Positions 19,627-30,510 of a stretch of DNA of 38,301 bases are shown in pieces. A program made the translations under genes and the position numbers. The notes below the pieces were generated by a model. The model was not told the origin of the DNA. It searched no databases and saw only the letters and a list, made by a program, of their open reading frames with translations. Within the stretch, counting starts at the first letter, position 1, and each line of letters begins with the position of its first letter. Origin of the DNA: a virus (taxonomy: Duplodnaviria > Caudoviricetes); IMG/VR virus record IMGVR_UViG_3300023256_000014, positions 1 to 38,301 of that record; one strand, given 5' to 3'.

Positions 19627-19926
19627 TTATATTCCTAACCTTTCAGCCTTATGTTTGTCTCAAACTACTTCTGATTTATTCCCTTTTCTTGTTAATGCTC
19701 ATGGAGACTTATCACCAAAAATTTCTGTGTGTAATTTGATTCTAATATCGTCAGCCTTTTCAAATGCGGCTCTTACTTTTTTTCCCCCGGCGCCAATATA
19801 TACGTTATTCATTGCCATGTACCAGTCACTCATTGCTTCGGCTTCATCTTGAGTAGGATATTTTTGAGCTTCGTTTAGTTTTGCTAACTCTTCCTGTATC
19901 ATTTGCCTAATTTCTAATTTTTTCAT
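19627..19926 (-). CDS. MKKLE-leader protein
   Basis: MKKLEIRQMIQEELAKLNEA; two TGAs; read-through stop lies 2 nt before the next ATG. Confidence 0.7.
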
Positions 19927-19929
19927 AAT

Positions 19930-20814
19930 TTACTCACCATCCTCATTTAGCGTCTGGGAAATTTCACTTTCCAATTCGTATAACTTCATCAAATTTGTAA
20001 TTTGAGAATCTTTAACTCTGTTACCTTTCTTGAGACTTTCTGTATGTTTCAAAAGCTCTGTAAGTTTAATTTTAATAATTTCAGATTCAATTTTAGGAAT
20101 GTAGCTTGTTAAAAGTTTTGATACTCTTGGAACTTCACTACCAACATACTCTTTTAGTGCGGTCACATTTGACATACTATCAATATATTTTTTTAACAAA
20201 CAACGTTGGTTATCACTAAGGGAACTATACTTTTGATTGAACTTTTCAATTAACATATTGTAAGCAACAACTCTTATTTCTTTAGCTTGTTGTTTGTACT
20301 TTTCAACAATTAAATCGATTTTTGTTTTGTCTATCTTTTGAATTGGATTAGTAATATGCTCAATGATTGTATATTTAGTTTGAACGATTGCAGTTGGGTT
20401 GTAATTTTGAGTTGGATGTAATTCAGCTTCAAATAATCTATATATTGACGCCAATATTTTATAATTTCCAACTTTCGAGTTAAACAACGTATTAAGATTA
20501 TAATGTTTTTTAATTTCTTTAATAACGTTATATTTCTCCTGCGCCAATGCCGATTCGTTTAATCGCTTACGCATTTGAATAACTGTTTTTAAAAAATATT
20601 CCATTTTATCTTTTTTGTCAGTTTTGTATTCAACAATACTATTGTATAACCCTAATTCTTCGGATAATAATTTACCCTTATTAAAATACTCTTTCAATAT
20701 ATCGAAGACTGGGGAATTAGTACGTCCTTCAAGGGCGTCTATCGTTATTTGTCTTAACAATGTCTCGTATATTATTGATGTATTTCGCAATTTTAAATGC
20801 TTTAGATTACGCAT
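19930..20814 (-). CDS. Helical hypothetical protein downstream of portal
   Basis: AAGGAG RBS before MRNLKHLKLRNTSIIYETLLRQIT; no Trp; ends TAA. Confidence 0.8.
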   Translation of the reverse strand: MRNLKHLKLRNTSIIYETLLRQITIDALEGRTNSPVFDILKEYFNKGKLLSEELGLYNSIVEYKTDKKDKMEYFLKTVIQMRKRLNESALAQEKYNVIKEIKKHYNLNTLFNSKVGNYKILASIYRLFEAELHPTQNYNPTAIVQTKYTIIEHITNPIQKIDKTKIDLIVEKYKQQAKEIRVVAYNMLIEKFNQKYSSLSDNQRCLLKKYIDSMSNVTALKEYVGSEVPRVSKLLTSYIPKIESEIIKIKLTELLKHTESLKKGNRVKDSQITNLMKLYELESEISQTLNEDGE

Positions 20815-20892
20815 ATTTTTTCTCCTTGATAATATTATTATCATTATCAATTTTTATTCTTACAAATTATTCTTTTAATTTGTGCTATTTAA

Positions 20893-20901
20893 TATAAATA
20901 T
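20893..20901 (-). promoter_or_regulatory. Candidate late promoter ATATTTATA
   Basis: In the intergenic gap after the portal gene. Confidence 0.5.
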
Positions 20902-20913
20902 AATTTTCTTCAA

Positions 20914-23388
20914 TTATTTTAACATTATTTTATCTTTTTCGCTTTTTAAAACCTCTTTTATTAAGGCTTTCTCACTTTCTTCTTTTGCATAAGTTAAGGT
21001 CGCTTCAAGTCTTTCCAAGAAACCAAATTTATCCTTAATTCTCTTTTCAGTTAATGCTTGATTCTTTTCAATTTTCTCATCGTCTTCCCCAAATACGTCA
21101 GCTACGGTTCCCTCTAATGATAAAGCACTGCCACCTTTATACTTGTGAGAAATTACATCTTTGTCATATTTATGTGCGTCTTTCATATCATCTACTCCCA
21201 ACGTCGTATCAATTTTACTTTTCTTTGCTTTTCTGTTATCGTCACTGCTCGAACTAACATTCTCTTCAACATCATCATCGTCACCGTCCCAACTAAAACC
21301 ATCATCCTCATTATCTCCACCTTCTGGTTCTGACTTTGCATCTGCCGGATCCGTTCCATTATTTGCAATGGTTTCCATTCTAAACATTCGTTTTTTATCT
21401 TTGATAACGCCAGCACGTTCTTTATCGGAATCAATATCATTTAATTTAAAAATTTGCTCATATACAAAATCACTACTTAATAGATTTGTATCCATCATAT
21501 CATTTGCCAATGATACTTTGGCATTCCATAATTCAATTTTCATCTCTTCATGTATTACTGAAGGATTTGTTAAACTTAATTCAAAATCTAATAAATCTTT
21601 ATTTTTATATCCCTGAGAATAAAGGTGAATAATCGCAATCTTTGTTAATTCAGAAACAATAATACTTTGTATTCTTTCAATTGTTCTCGCAAATCTTAAA
21701 TCTTCGGCGGCAAGTGTGGCTTTTGAATTATGTATGATTACGCCAGCATTTGTTGCAAAATTATGATATTTTTCAATTGTAATATCGCATGTATCTCTTT
21801 GTTCATTAAGAAATTCTATGCTAATTACTTTATGGTTTTTAATATTTTTATTTCTTATAAATTTCGGCCATGCAATGTTATTTTTTTTATTAAAATCACA
21901 ATGATGAATTGCCATGTCTGAACCTTTAATAACGTTTCCATAATGTTCTGGAACAAGTCTATGTACTTCTTTATATTTGCCCGTATTTGGTTGGTAAACG
22001 GTAGTATATCCGTATTTTGTTTTATCCAAATATAAAGGCATTAATGATTGATTTTCTATTAAATTTTGTGCCTCAACTCACTCGCCATTTCTTGTTAAGA
22101 ATTCATGATCTGGAGTGCAATCAATATATTTACTATTATCTAAATTAACTCTAACTAAATTAGCGTTTTTCTTTGTATATCCGGCCCAAGATATTTCGCC
22201 AGGAACAATTTCTTTTTCTTCATTAATTGAATATACATAATTTTTAATTCCACCTTCATAATCTTCGATTAATTCTTTAACTGTTTTTACTTCATCATTA
22301 ATTAATTTAATTTCTGTTTCAGGAACAACACATCCAATTCCCTCTTCGAAAGTTAAGAACGCTTTAGGTATTCTTAATGATGCAAATAATTTTCTTTGTA
22401 AGTATTCGATGTCGTCAATAATTGCGTATTCCATTCCACTTAATGTATCGATTTCAGTCCCAGTGTCGCCACCACGAACTGGGAAGAAAAAATCTTCGTT
22501 AATATTCATCATATTATATTTAAGGTTATATTCTCCAGTTGCTTGGTCTATAAATGGAGTCCTTCTCATACCATTCATGATGTTTTCCATATGGTCGTCA
22601 ATCTCGTCAGGTGCTAATGCGCCAACATCTATTTTTATAATTCTTTTTTCAGGTGCTCTTGTTATTCTGTGAATAAGCATAGCATCTTCCATAAGTGTTA
22701 ATTGTTGCCATATCTTCCTACCACCTTCAAGCATACTTCGACCATATGGGAAGTGAAATACATCGCCTAACAATCTAAAGTGAGCTACTTGAAATTCTTC
22801 TAACATATCTTTTTTATCACCAGCTATAACAAATTGTACTAAGTATGGATTGTCTTCGTCAACGCCTTCAAGTCTTTCGACTTCATACGGCGATAATATT
22901 TTAATGTTAATAATGCCCAAATCTTTATGAAGTTCTAAATATAAATAACAATCTCCGAATTTAGCCATATTTCTGATTCAGCCTCATAAATTAAATGGGA
23001 TATTCAAAATGTCATAAAATAAATTTTGTAATATATCTTCTATATTTTTATTATCAGTCGTAATAGATAAGATATCCTCGAACTCATCTCTTGTAGTTGA
23101 TTCTTCTGCGTAAAGATCAAGTGCCGATGACAATATCGGGTCTCTATCCATTTGCATATAATCATTATATAGCATTTGATGATCAATAGAACCTTGAATT
23201 GCTCCACTCGCTTCTTCTAATTTTGCGTATGTTTTCATACGAGAATATTTGCCAGATTCACCATGACGCATTTGAAATCCGTCCGCATCTACAACTTTTA
23301 CTTTTTTCTTACCAACGTATCTTACAATCACGTTATTAGAGAATAATCTTCTCAACCCTCTATAAAAATTACTTGTTTCTTGTGCCAT
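20914..23388 (-). CDS. gp20: Portal protein (T4 gp20 family) with intein, 824-aa precursor
   Basis: FNL(W)G(W)IRNMAKFGD, LMEDAMLIHRITRAPEKR, EDFFFPVRGG..TEIDTLSG, SLRIPKAFL, EDLRFARTIERIQ; TGAs at 22984, 22978, 22078. Confidence 0.93.
21727..22332 (-). mobile_element. Intein (202 aa) in portal with HNH remnant
   Basis: EEGIG|CVVPETEI...CTPDH...DITIEKYHNF..GVIIHN|SKATL; internal VHRLV..IHHCDFNKKNN. Confidence 0.9.
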
Positions 23389-23403
23389 ATTTTAGCCTTC
23401 CTT

Positions 23404-25026
23404 TTATAAGAATTCTCTTAAATTCATTACTTGCCCACTTACTGACGCTTTCCATGGGTCGTCATTATCATTGTCATTATACATTTGCTTTGAAGTTAAT
23501 TTGCCTGTATATTTTAACATTCTTTTCGTTGATTTAACACTTTCTTGTAATAAAGTAATTGCCGTATCTCTTACGTACAATCCTATTGCCGCTGACAATG
23601 TTAAGTCGTCTCGCTTACCACTAATGGCTTCTGCTTTGCCACCCTTTTTATATATAAAAGTTAATAACTCATTTAATAATCTATTTGAGTGTACTATGAC
23701 AGCCTCTTCTCTAAAAAATCTTTCCATTTTATTTATCATTAATGGTCTTGTTATCATTGTATTACTAAATCCTGGAACTTTATCATCATTTGATTTTAAT
23801 AAATTTTTTACTCGTTTGCCAATATCAGCTTTTGTTCCTGCTTTGCCAGAATAATATAAATTGCCATATCTTCTATGTAATGCGCCCTCTATGGCCGCAT
23901 ACCCAAGCCCGTTATTTTCTATTACTAATAAAGCACTATTGTATTCGAGTGCTACGTTTACTGTCCAAGTTCCTAAGTCGTACGGGTCAATTAACCCAAC
24001 ATACTCGCCAACTTGTTCGAGTGTTTCTATATCTCAAATATGAAATGCTGACTTGTCTTCTGAGTCACCACGTGAAACGTCAACAGAAACTATATACTTA
24101 TGATTTGCTTCGGGATATTTTCATATTCAGAATTTTCCGGCATATCTTTTTTCTATTGGGTCACATGCATTCTTTTTTCTATGTGCTTCTATTATTTCCA
24201 AATCAATTACTGAATCACCAGAAGTAAGGAAAGAACAATCATTCTCTTGAGACGCCCTCTTCTTGCCTAATTTCTTATCTTCATTGTCTCTGTAAATTTG
24301 ATCTCTTTCCGGGTGTACGCTTCATGGCAATCTAATGGTATGGAACTCATTATCGCCTGATTCAGCATCAACTCATAAATCGTGAAATTGATTACCAACA
24401 CCTTTGGGAGTTGATAAAATAATACAATCACCACCAGTTGCCAATGTGTTGCTTGCGGCTGTCCAAATCTCCCTTGCTAAATTTTCTTTTACAATCGCAC
24501 ACTCATCCCAAATTAATAATGATAATGCATCAGAACGACCAGCGTCATCGGTTGCAGATGTAGCTTCAACAGTTGAGCCATTTATGAATGTAAGTTTTGT
24601 TTTACTATCTACTGGTAATTTACCGTTTTCATTTTGCACAATTTTTTGCAATCATCTCGGTAAGTTTTTGTAAATAGTTGATATTTTATTAATCATACTA
24701 TTGGCAACTTTTGCTTTATTTGCTATAATCAATACTGTTTTGTTATCATGGAACATTAATAGTCATGTCGCATAAGCCGAAGTTAAAGTTGAGATGCCTA
24801 ACTGCCTTGCTTTTAAAATAATGTTATATCGGTATTTTAAAAACTCTTGGATTGCTTTCTCTTGATAATCAAACAAATCAAATTTTATTAAACCTTTTAA
24901 TGGATGTTGAATTTTGCAATATTTTATCATAAAATATGCTGGGTCTCTTGCGCATCTGCTCATTTCTTTTTTAATAAGCTTTCGCATTTCCATTATTTTA
25001 ATTTGCTCTTCTGTTGGTGTACTCAC
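23404..25026 (-). CDS. gp17: Terminase large subunit (T4 gp17 family), 540 aa
   Basis: LKARQLGIST, LPR(W)LQ, LLIWDECA, LSTPKG, RLP(W)SVHPERD, VDVSRGDSEDKS, DDL; GTG start; seven TGAs. Confidence 0.95.
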
Positions 25027-25028
25027 AA

Positions 25029-25433
25029 TTACCCCCCTACAACGTTACTAGCAACTCACGAACCTAAAATAATACTTCCTGCACCGAATATATAATACGC
25101 TCATTTTTCATATTTTTCTCATCATTTTGGTTTTTGTAATTTATTTATTTCGTTCAATGTTTTAATTTGTCTATCTTTGTAAGACAAAATTAAGGAATCT
25201 GTAATGACCAAGGTTTCATAATTCTCTATTTGTATTTTGAATTGACCTATTAACTCATCTTTTATTTCATTTGCTTGCTGTAAGCTATCAACTTTTACAG
25301 CCAAGGTTTTTAATTCTTCTTTGGACAACGGATAAAATTCTTTTGATGTGCTATCTATTACTGTCATAATTTCCTGTGCAAATATTGGAAATGTTAAGCA
25401 TAAAATTAATAATACTGGCATAATCTTTTTCAT
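25029..25433 (-). CDS. Signal-peptide, coiled-coil, C-terminal TM protein (possible spanin-like)
   Basis: MKKIMPVLLILCLTFPIFA|QE; C-terminus KPK(W)(W)EKYEK(W)AYYIFGAGSIILGS(W)VA needs four TGAs. Confidence 0.65.
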
Positions 25434-25444
25434 ATTGCTATCCT

Positions 25445-25759
25445 TTATTTCTTTGATAAATTTTTGAATTTGAATTTACCGAAAAATCTTGTTCTTTTCG
25501 CCTTCTTCGTTAAATGTTTCACATAATTTCTAAATATATCATTTACTAACCTAGAGGCCTCATCTCTATCCGCCTCTACGCCTTTGTGCTTAATAAGATT
25601 ATCAACATTCTCTTCAATGACGGTTATAACACTTTTTATCATTTCATTATCTAATAAGTTATAAAAATCTTTATCACTCAATGCAGATGTTATATTGTCT
25701 GCAAAACTTTCCCTTATTACCTCTTCCTTGACCATTATTCTTATTTCTGATTTTTTCAT
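25445..25759 (-). CDS. MKKSE-leader protein
   Basis: MKKSEIRIMVKEEVIRES. Confidence 0.75.
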   Translation of the reverse strand: MKKSEIRIMVKEEVIRESFADNITSALSDKDFYNLLDNEMIKSVITVIEENVDNLIKHKGVEADRDEASRLVNDIFRNYVKHLTKKAKRTRFFGKFKFKNLSKK

Positions 25760-25770
25760 ATTATCATCCT

Positions 25771-26313
25771 TTATTTTATTTTCTTTAAAAATTTAGATAG
25801 GTTTTTAACTTCGCTTTTTTCATTTTCTGGCAATTCATTCCAAAATGAATCGTCGCCACTTATAAAATTATAAAAATTATCAAAAATTCTATCCATCGTT
25901 TTTGTTATTTTAATTTTCTTAAAAAATTTTGCCAAAACTGGTTTGGTATATCTCACTTCTTGTAAAAATTCAAAATCATCTGAAGTTAAATGTGACAAAT
26001 CTTTGTCTGGTTTGTTAGGAATTGTATAAATATATATATCCCTGCCAATTGGATTTTCGCCAGCCATATAAGCCAAGGCAGAATACGCTCCTAACATTGC
26101 GCCACCAATATATTTCGAGGCAGAAAGCTCTTTCTTTTCGCTTTGAGCTATAACGTTGCCTGTGGTAAACACTAAGTTTCCGTCTTCATCTGTTTCTTCG
26201 TAATGACCTTTCGGCTTTAAGCGAACATTATTGCCAACATACTTCATTAAGGCTCTGTAATATTGATTTGTAGAGCCTTCGAAAAGTAATGATTTAAATT
26301 TTAATGTGTTCAT
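25771..26313 (-). CDS. Hypothetical protein, possible ADP-ribosyltransferase fold
   Basis: Leader KFKSLLFE; YYR...LSAS...IYIYTI...QEVRY ordered like R-S-E ART motifs. The gene is solid; the function is tentative. Confidence 0.5.
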   Translation of the reverse strand: MNTLKFKSLLFEGSTNQYYRALMKYVGNNVRLKPKGHYEETDEDGNLVFTTGNVIAQSEKKELSASKYIGGAMLGAYSALAYMAGENPIGRDIYIYTIPNKPDKDLSHLTSDDFEFLQEVRYTKPVLAKFFKKIKITKTMDRIFDNFYNFISGDDSFWNELPENEKSEVKNLSKFLKKIK

Positions 26314-26318
26314 TATAT

Positions 26319-26630
26319 TTATTTCCCATTGATAAACTCTTTTAAAAAATCTATCGTTTCGTCGATGTCAGTTGTATCGACTTTTGGTTTAATTTCTTTA
26401 AGCTCTTTTTCTAACTCAACAATACTTTTGTTAGTTTCGTCTATATCGCCCTCATTGTTTTCCTTTTGTTCTTCAAGCTTTTTTATTTCTTTCTTAATTT
26501 CTTTAACTTGTTTTTTCTTTTTCTTTATTAACAAACTATTAATATTTGATTGTGGCAATAATATTATAATTGCCGCAACTATAACGATACCTATCAATAT
26601 TCGAATCAAAGTTTTTGCTTGTATTTTCAT
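26319..26630 (-). CDS. N-terminal TM plus coiled-coil protein (i-spanin-like topology)
   Basis: ILIGIVIVAAIIILL then poly-K and heptad-rich segment. Confidence 0.6.
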   Translation of the reverse strand: MKIQAKTLIRILIGIVIVAAIIILLPQSNINSLLIKKKKKQVKEIKKEIKKLEEQKENNEGDIDETNKSIVELEKELKEIKPKVDTTDIDETIDFLKEFINGK

Positions 26631-26632
26631 AA

Positions 26633-26887
26633 TTACCTCAATTTATCCAATAACTTTTTTGCTTGCATATAATAATGACTAGCCTGACTGAAATGCTTTT
26701 CGGCGGTAGCAAACGCTCTACCTGGTGTAGTATTCTCAAGATTATTTTGCTTAATGTATTCCTTTGCCTTTCGCCTATCTTCGTCAGTTTGTGTCAGTGC
26801 TATGGTTAACGGCACCAATACTTTTCCATTATATTTGCCTTCAAAAATAATATCTTTCATTTCGTTTAATTCTTTATCATTAATCAT
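26633..26887 (-). CDS. Leader-variant protein MINDKELNEMKDIIFE
   Basis: TAGGAG RBS before ATG 26887. Confidence 0.65.
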   Translation of the reverse strand: MINDKELNEMKDIIFEGKYNGKVLVPLTIALTQTDEDRRKAKEYIKQNNLENTTPGRAFATAEKHFSQASHYYMQAKKLLDKLR

Positions 26888-26898
26888 ACTTATTACTC

Positions 26899-27036
26899 CT
26901 AAAAAAAATGCGTCTCTAATCAAGGCAAGTGCGTTTTCCGAAGTATGTTTTCTTTAAGTAACTTCATATACGTTTTAACAAGGTTCGGGCGTTCTTTCGC
27001 CTTTTTCAATAATTTAGCACGCCCTTCTTTTGTCAT
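26899..27036 (-). CDS. Small basic hypothetical protein (45 aa)
   Basis: TAATG overlap; one TGA; ends TAG inside the next RBS. Confidence 0.45.
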
Positions 27037-27419
27037 TAAAATGTTCCCAATTCTTGTTGTTTTAAAATATCATCAACATTCAGAATGACTTTAGTTTTAC
27101 CTTTTTCCCATTTGGGCTTTAATTGCTTTACTAACTCATCTTTGGCTCTGTTATTAAACTTTCTAATTCTATAATCTTTAATTAATTGTTTAGCAATTTT
27201 TAATGCATCATTTTTATAAGCCTTCCCTGCTATTGCGAATGATATACTCGTAAGTCCCTCATGCATAACGTCCTCCCCTAATTCATCTTTAATAAAATCA
27301 TCAAGCGATTTATCGTATCAGTTTAATTTAGTATGTCCAAGGTTATCTGGGCCATAGGCAATGGTTTCTTCTTTAATCATTTCTTTAATCATTACTCTAA
27401 CTTCTGATTTCTTTAACAT
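27036..27419 (-). CDS. MKKSE-leader protein
   Basis: MLKKSEVRVMIKEMIKEE; AGGAG RBS; one TGA joins to track ORF 27036..27266. Confidence 0.7.
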
Positions 27420-27445
27420 TTACTATCTCCTAAAATATTTTTTAA

Positions 27446-27877
27446 TTAAACTTTGTCTTTGTCTTTAATATCTGGTTTTACTTTTAAAAGTTTTCCCGAT
27501 ACACCTGCAAGTTTGTCGCCAACATTACCACCAACATAAATGAAAAATATATTTTGTATAAATGTCGCTAACATTGTAAATGTTACAACGTAAATTCCTT
27601 CTTTCTTAAGAAACATAAGTCCTATTGCTGTAGCAAGTAATACAGCAAACCCAATAAGCTTTCTACTAAGTCCAATATCAATTACAACGCCATCTTTTAA
27701 TGATTGTGTTACCTTTGCTCCTACATTACCTAAGGCATAAATTCCATATAATCACATTGCATAACTTGACCATTCCGGAAATGATGCTCTATTTGTCAAG
27801 ATGAAAAATAATCCAATTGCATATAATACTGCAACTGTAATAACTTTTTTGCTCGTTCATTTTTTGTTTTTGTCCAT
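27446..27877 (-). CDS. 4-TM membrane protein, putative holin (tandem duplication)
   Basis: Two units SKKVI..TM..YGIYALGNVGAK and SRKLI..TM..FFIYVGGNVGDK; charged tail; TGA at codon 7 and one more; missed by the track. Confidence 0.6.
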
Positions 27878-27881
27878 ATTC

Positions 27882-28388
27882 TTATTCTCCTTGTTTTTGT
27901 GCTTTCTTCCAATTTTTTCATTCGCCATAATACTTTGATGATGCCAGTATTAGCCATAGTGTTCCAAAAAATGCTAAATTTTTATAATTCATTGCTTTGC
28001 CATTTAAAAGTTTTGCAAATTCCAATCAAACAGAAAGCATACCCATAACTAATGATGATGTGTATACCGTGTCTTTTAATGACATTACATAGTGCTTAAA
28101 GTCTTCGGTTAAAGGTTGAATGTCTTCTTTCATTTGCTGAAGTTTATCAATTTCACTTAAACTTTTATAATTGGTATGAAATTTCTTATTGATAATTGTC
28201 AATGCAAGCTCTTCGTTGCCAGAACTCGTTATTTCTTTTTTAAAGTCCGCTCAACCTTTGCGTATCATTGAAACAACTTTATTTATTGGTTGTTTCGCTA
28301 AATTTTTAAACATTTTTAATAATTCGCCAGTACCTTCGGCTAAAATAATTTCTTCTTTAAGAATATTTCTTACATCGTTATTATTCAT
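27882..28388 (-). CDS. Leader-variant protein with two C-terminal hydrophobic segments
   Basis: MNNNDVRNILKEEIILAEG; internal PLTE; SSLVMGMLSV(W)L and LAFFGTLWLILA; three TGAs. Confidence 0.65.
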
Positions 28389-29007
28389 TATTCTCTGATT
28401 CCTTTTCTTCGTCGTTAAGTTTCTTTTCTATAATATTTAATTGTGCAATATTACCCTCAAGTATTTTACGTTTATTTTCAACGGTAGTTTGGGATACACT
28501 TCAAGTTTCTAACTCACCAGTTTCATTACCAACAACTTGAAAACTTTTTGATAAGTTTTCTAATTGCTCTTCTAACATTTTTTTATTATCTCTAATTTGA
28601 GACAAAGCATTTGCACGAAGTTTTTTCTCAACATGAGCTTTTCACGTACCTTTTATTCTCATCTTGCCTTCTTCTTCAATCATACAATCTGAACATTTTC
28701 CTTCCATGTTTCATGGCTTTTTGTCATAATATTTTTTCATTACCTTGCCACATTCAGGGCATACTAATGGCATTTTATTTTCATCTCTTATCTCTTGCAA
28801 TATCTTTGATTTCGTACTCATATATCCGCCACGATGCTTTGTCATTTCGGTACCGAATTCTTCCCAAACGTCGCCTTCTTTTTTATCTCTTCTGATGTCA
28901 GCAAGCTTTTCATCTTTTGATTTCGTTGCGCCCATGAAATATGATGTTGATTTTTTATGACCATCATCTAATATATTTTGTATTACCTGTGTATTTGTTC
29001 TTCTCAT
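28381..29007 (-). CDS. Zn-binding hypothetical protein (208 aa)
   Basis: CPECG..KKP(W)..GKCSDC; the second CxxC lies beyond the first TGA; three TGAs. Confidence 0.75.
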
Positions 29008-29009
29008 TG

Positions 29010-29879
29010 CTAACCTCTTTCTTTAGTATTTTTCAAACCTAATGTTTTTTTCTTTAATGCATATCTGTTATCTTCTATTTTACTTCATGTACCTTTAATT
29101 ACAGAATTGCCAGTAGGTTTCCATTCAAATTTCATTAATCTATCAACAACACTATCCTGGCTTGTTCCTTCGCTTTGGTATGCCGAATAGGCTGTGCCCA
29201 TATTTTTTGCATAGCCATTTATTACGCTGGCACTTACGCCCCTACCTTCCATATTTTCTCTAAACTTATCTCTTTCAATGCATAGCTCTGGAGTTATCTC
29301 TAAATAAACAATTGTAGTATTAAATCCTTCCGCTTTGGCGTCTGTTAATCTGTCTAATATTTTTTTATGTTTGGCCGCAACTGTATCAATTATTAAAATA
29401 TTACCCGCTTCTATAACTTTTGTTTGTCATAATTGCTTATCAATTACTTTCGCTAAATCTCTAATATCGAAATACGTTGCATAAAAAAGTTTATAAAATA
29501 CTTTAAAATAATTTTTAATACCTTTACTTTCGTTTGCCATCCACCATTCGTAAGTTATTGGTATAACACGCTCCTTGAATTTATTATCAACATACGTCGT
29601 ATCAGCTTTAAACTTTAATATATCAATCTTATCTTTAACGTTTTTCTTTAGCCAAGCAAAGTGATCAACCGCTGTTTGATATTGTAGTCTTCTAACTTGG
29701 TTATCTGAGTTTATTACCTTATACCTTTTAAAGGCTGGCAATATTTTGTGTAAATCATTATTAATAAACGTACTTTTCCCTGATGCTGGTAAACCCATCA
29801 ATACCAAACATTGCTTTTTTAAATCATCCTTAAACTCAAATAAAAAATTATCTACCAATTCAATAAATTTAACATTCAT
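29010..29879 (-). CDS. P-loop kinase (AAA_33/zeta-like)
   Basis: GLPASGKST, INSD, LIIDT, IVYLE..CIERD..R; two TGAs; AAGGAG RBS before ATG 29879. Confidence 0.8.
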
Positions 29880-29889
29880 TACAATCTCC

Positions 29890-30249
29890 TTAATATTCAC
29901 CGAAGTGATTAATCCACACTCTTTCTAATTGCCTAACAACATCTACTGAAATCGTCACGCCATTATATTTTATCGTACGTTTCTTTGAGTCGTAATCGCT
30001 TAATTTTACTTTCCCAGCTACCGATTTAGTTTCTGTCTTTGTAATTGTATCTAAGCTCATTATTAAATACTTAATTGAGCCTTTATCTATTTCTACATTT
30101 TTATTTTGCTTTCACACTACAAGTTTATCACGTTTTGGGAAAACATCAAAATCATCCTTAAATGATGAAAATTTAGTTTTTTTTATTTTTCCTGCCATAA
30201 TATTTCTCACCTCTTCTATTACAAATTTGCGAAAATCTTTTTTATTCAT
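29890..30249 (-). CDS. Leader-variant protein MNKKDFRKFVIEEVRNIM
   Basis: One TGA; ends TAA; fills a gap in the track. Confidence 0.65.
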
Positions 30250-30251
30250 TA

Positions 30252-30500
30252 CTATTCCTTTCTGCAATCTAAATCTGTGAAATCAACATTCTTATAAATC
30301 TCTTTAAGACTTTCCGATAATTCAACAATGCTTTGTGCGTTTTTATTATTGCCACAAATGTTTAGTTTATCAGCCAATTTGTATAAACTTGTTTGTGCTT
30401 GTTGATAAATCTTTGATGCCATGTAAGCGTCTTCGCTTTTATATCCACCACCAACAAATTCTTCTAATCCTCTCATCACTTCACCTTCTGGTGTAACCAT
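30252..30500 (-). CDS. Hypothetical protein
   Basis: AGGAG RBS; ends TAG. Confidence 0.65.
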   Translation of the reverse strand: MVTPEGEVMRGLEEFVGGGYKSEDAYMASKIYQQAQTSLYKLADKLNICGNNKNAQSIVELSESLKEIYKNVDFTDLDCRKE

Positions 30501-30510
30501 AAAGTTTCTC

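Noticed and set aside
2362-25026. Split capsid, portal, terminase, protease and neck genes as pseudogenes or a decayed prophage
   Set aside because: All breaks are in-frame TGA at Trp positions, with no frameshifts or TAA/TAG interruptions.
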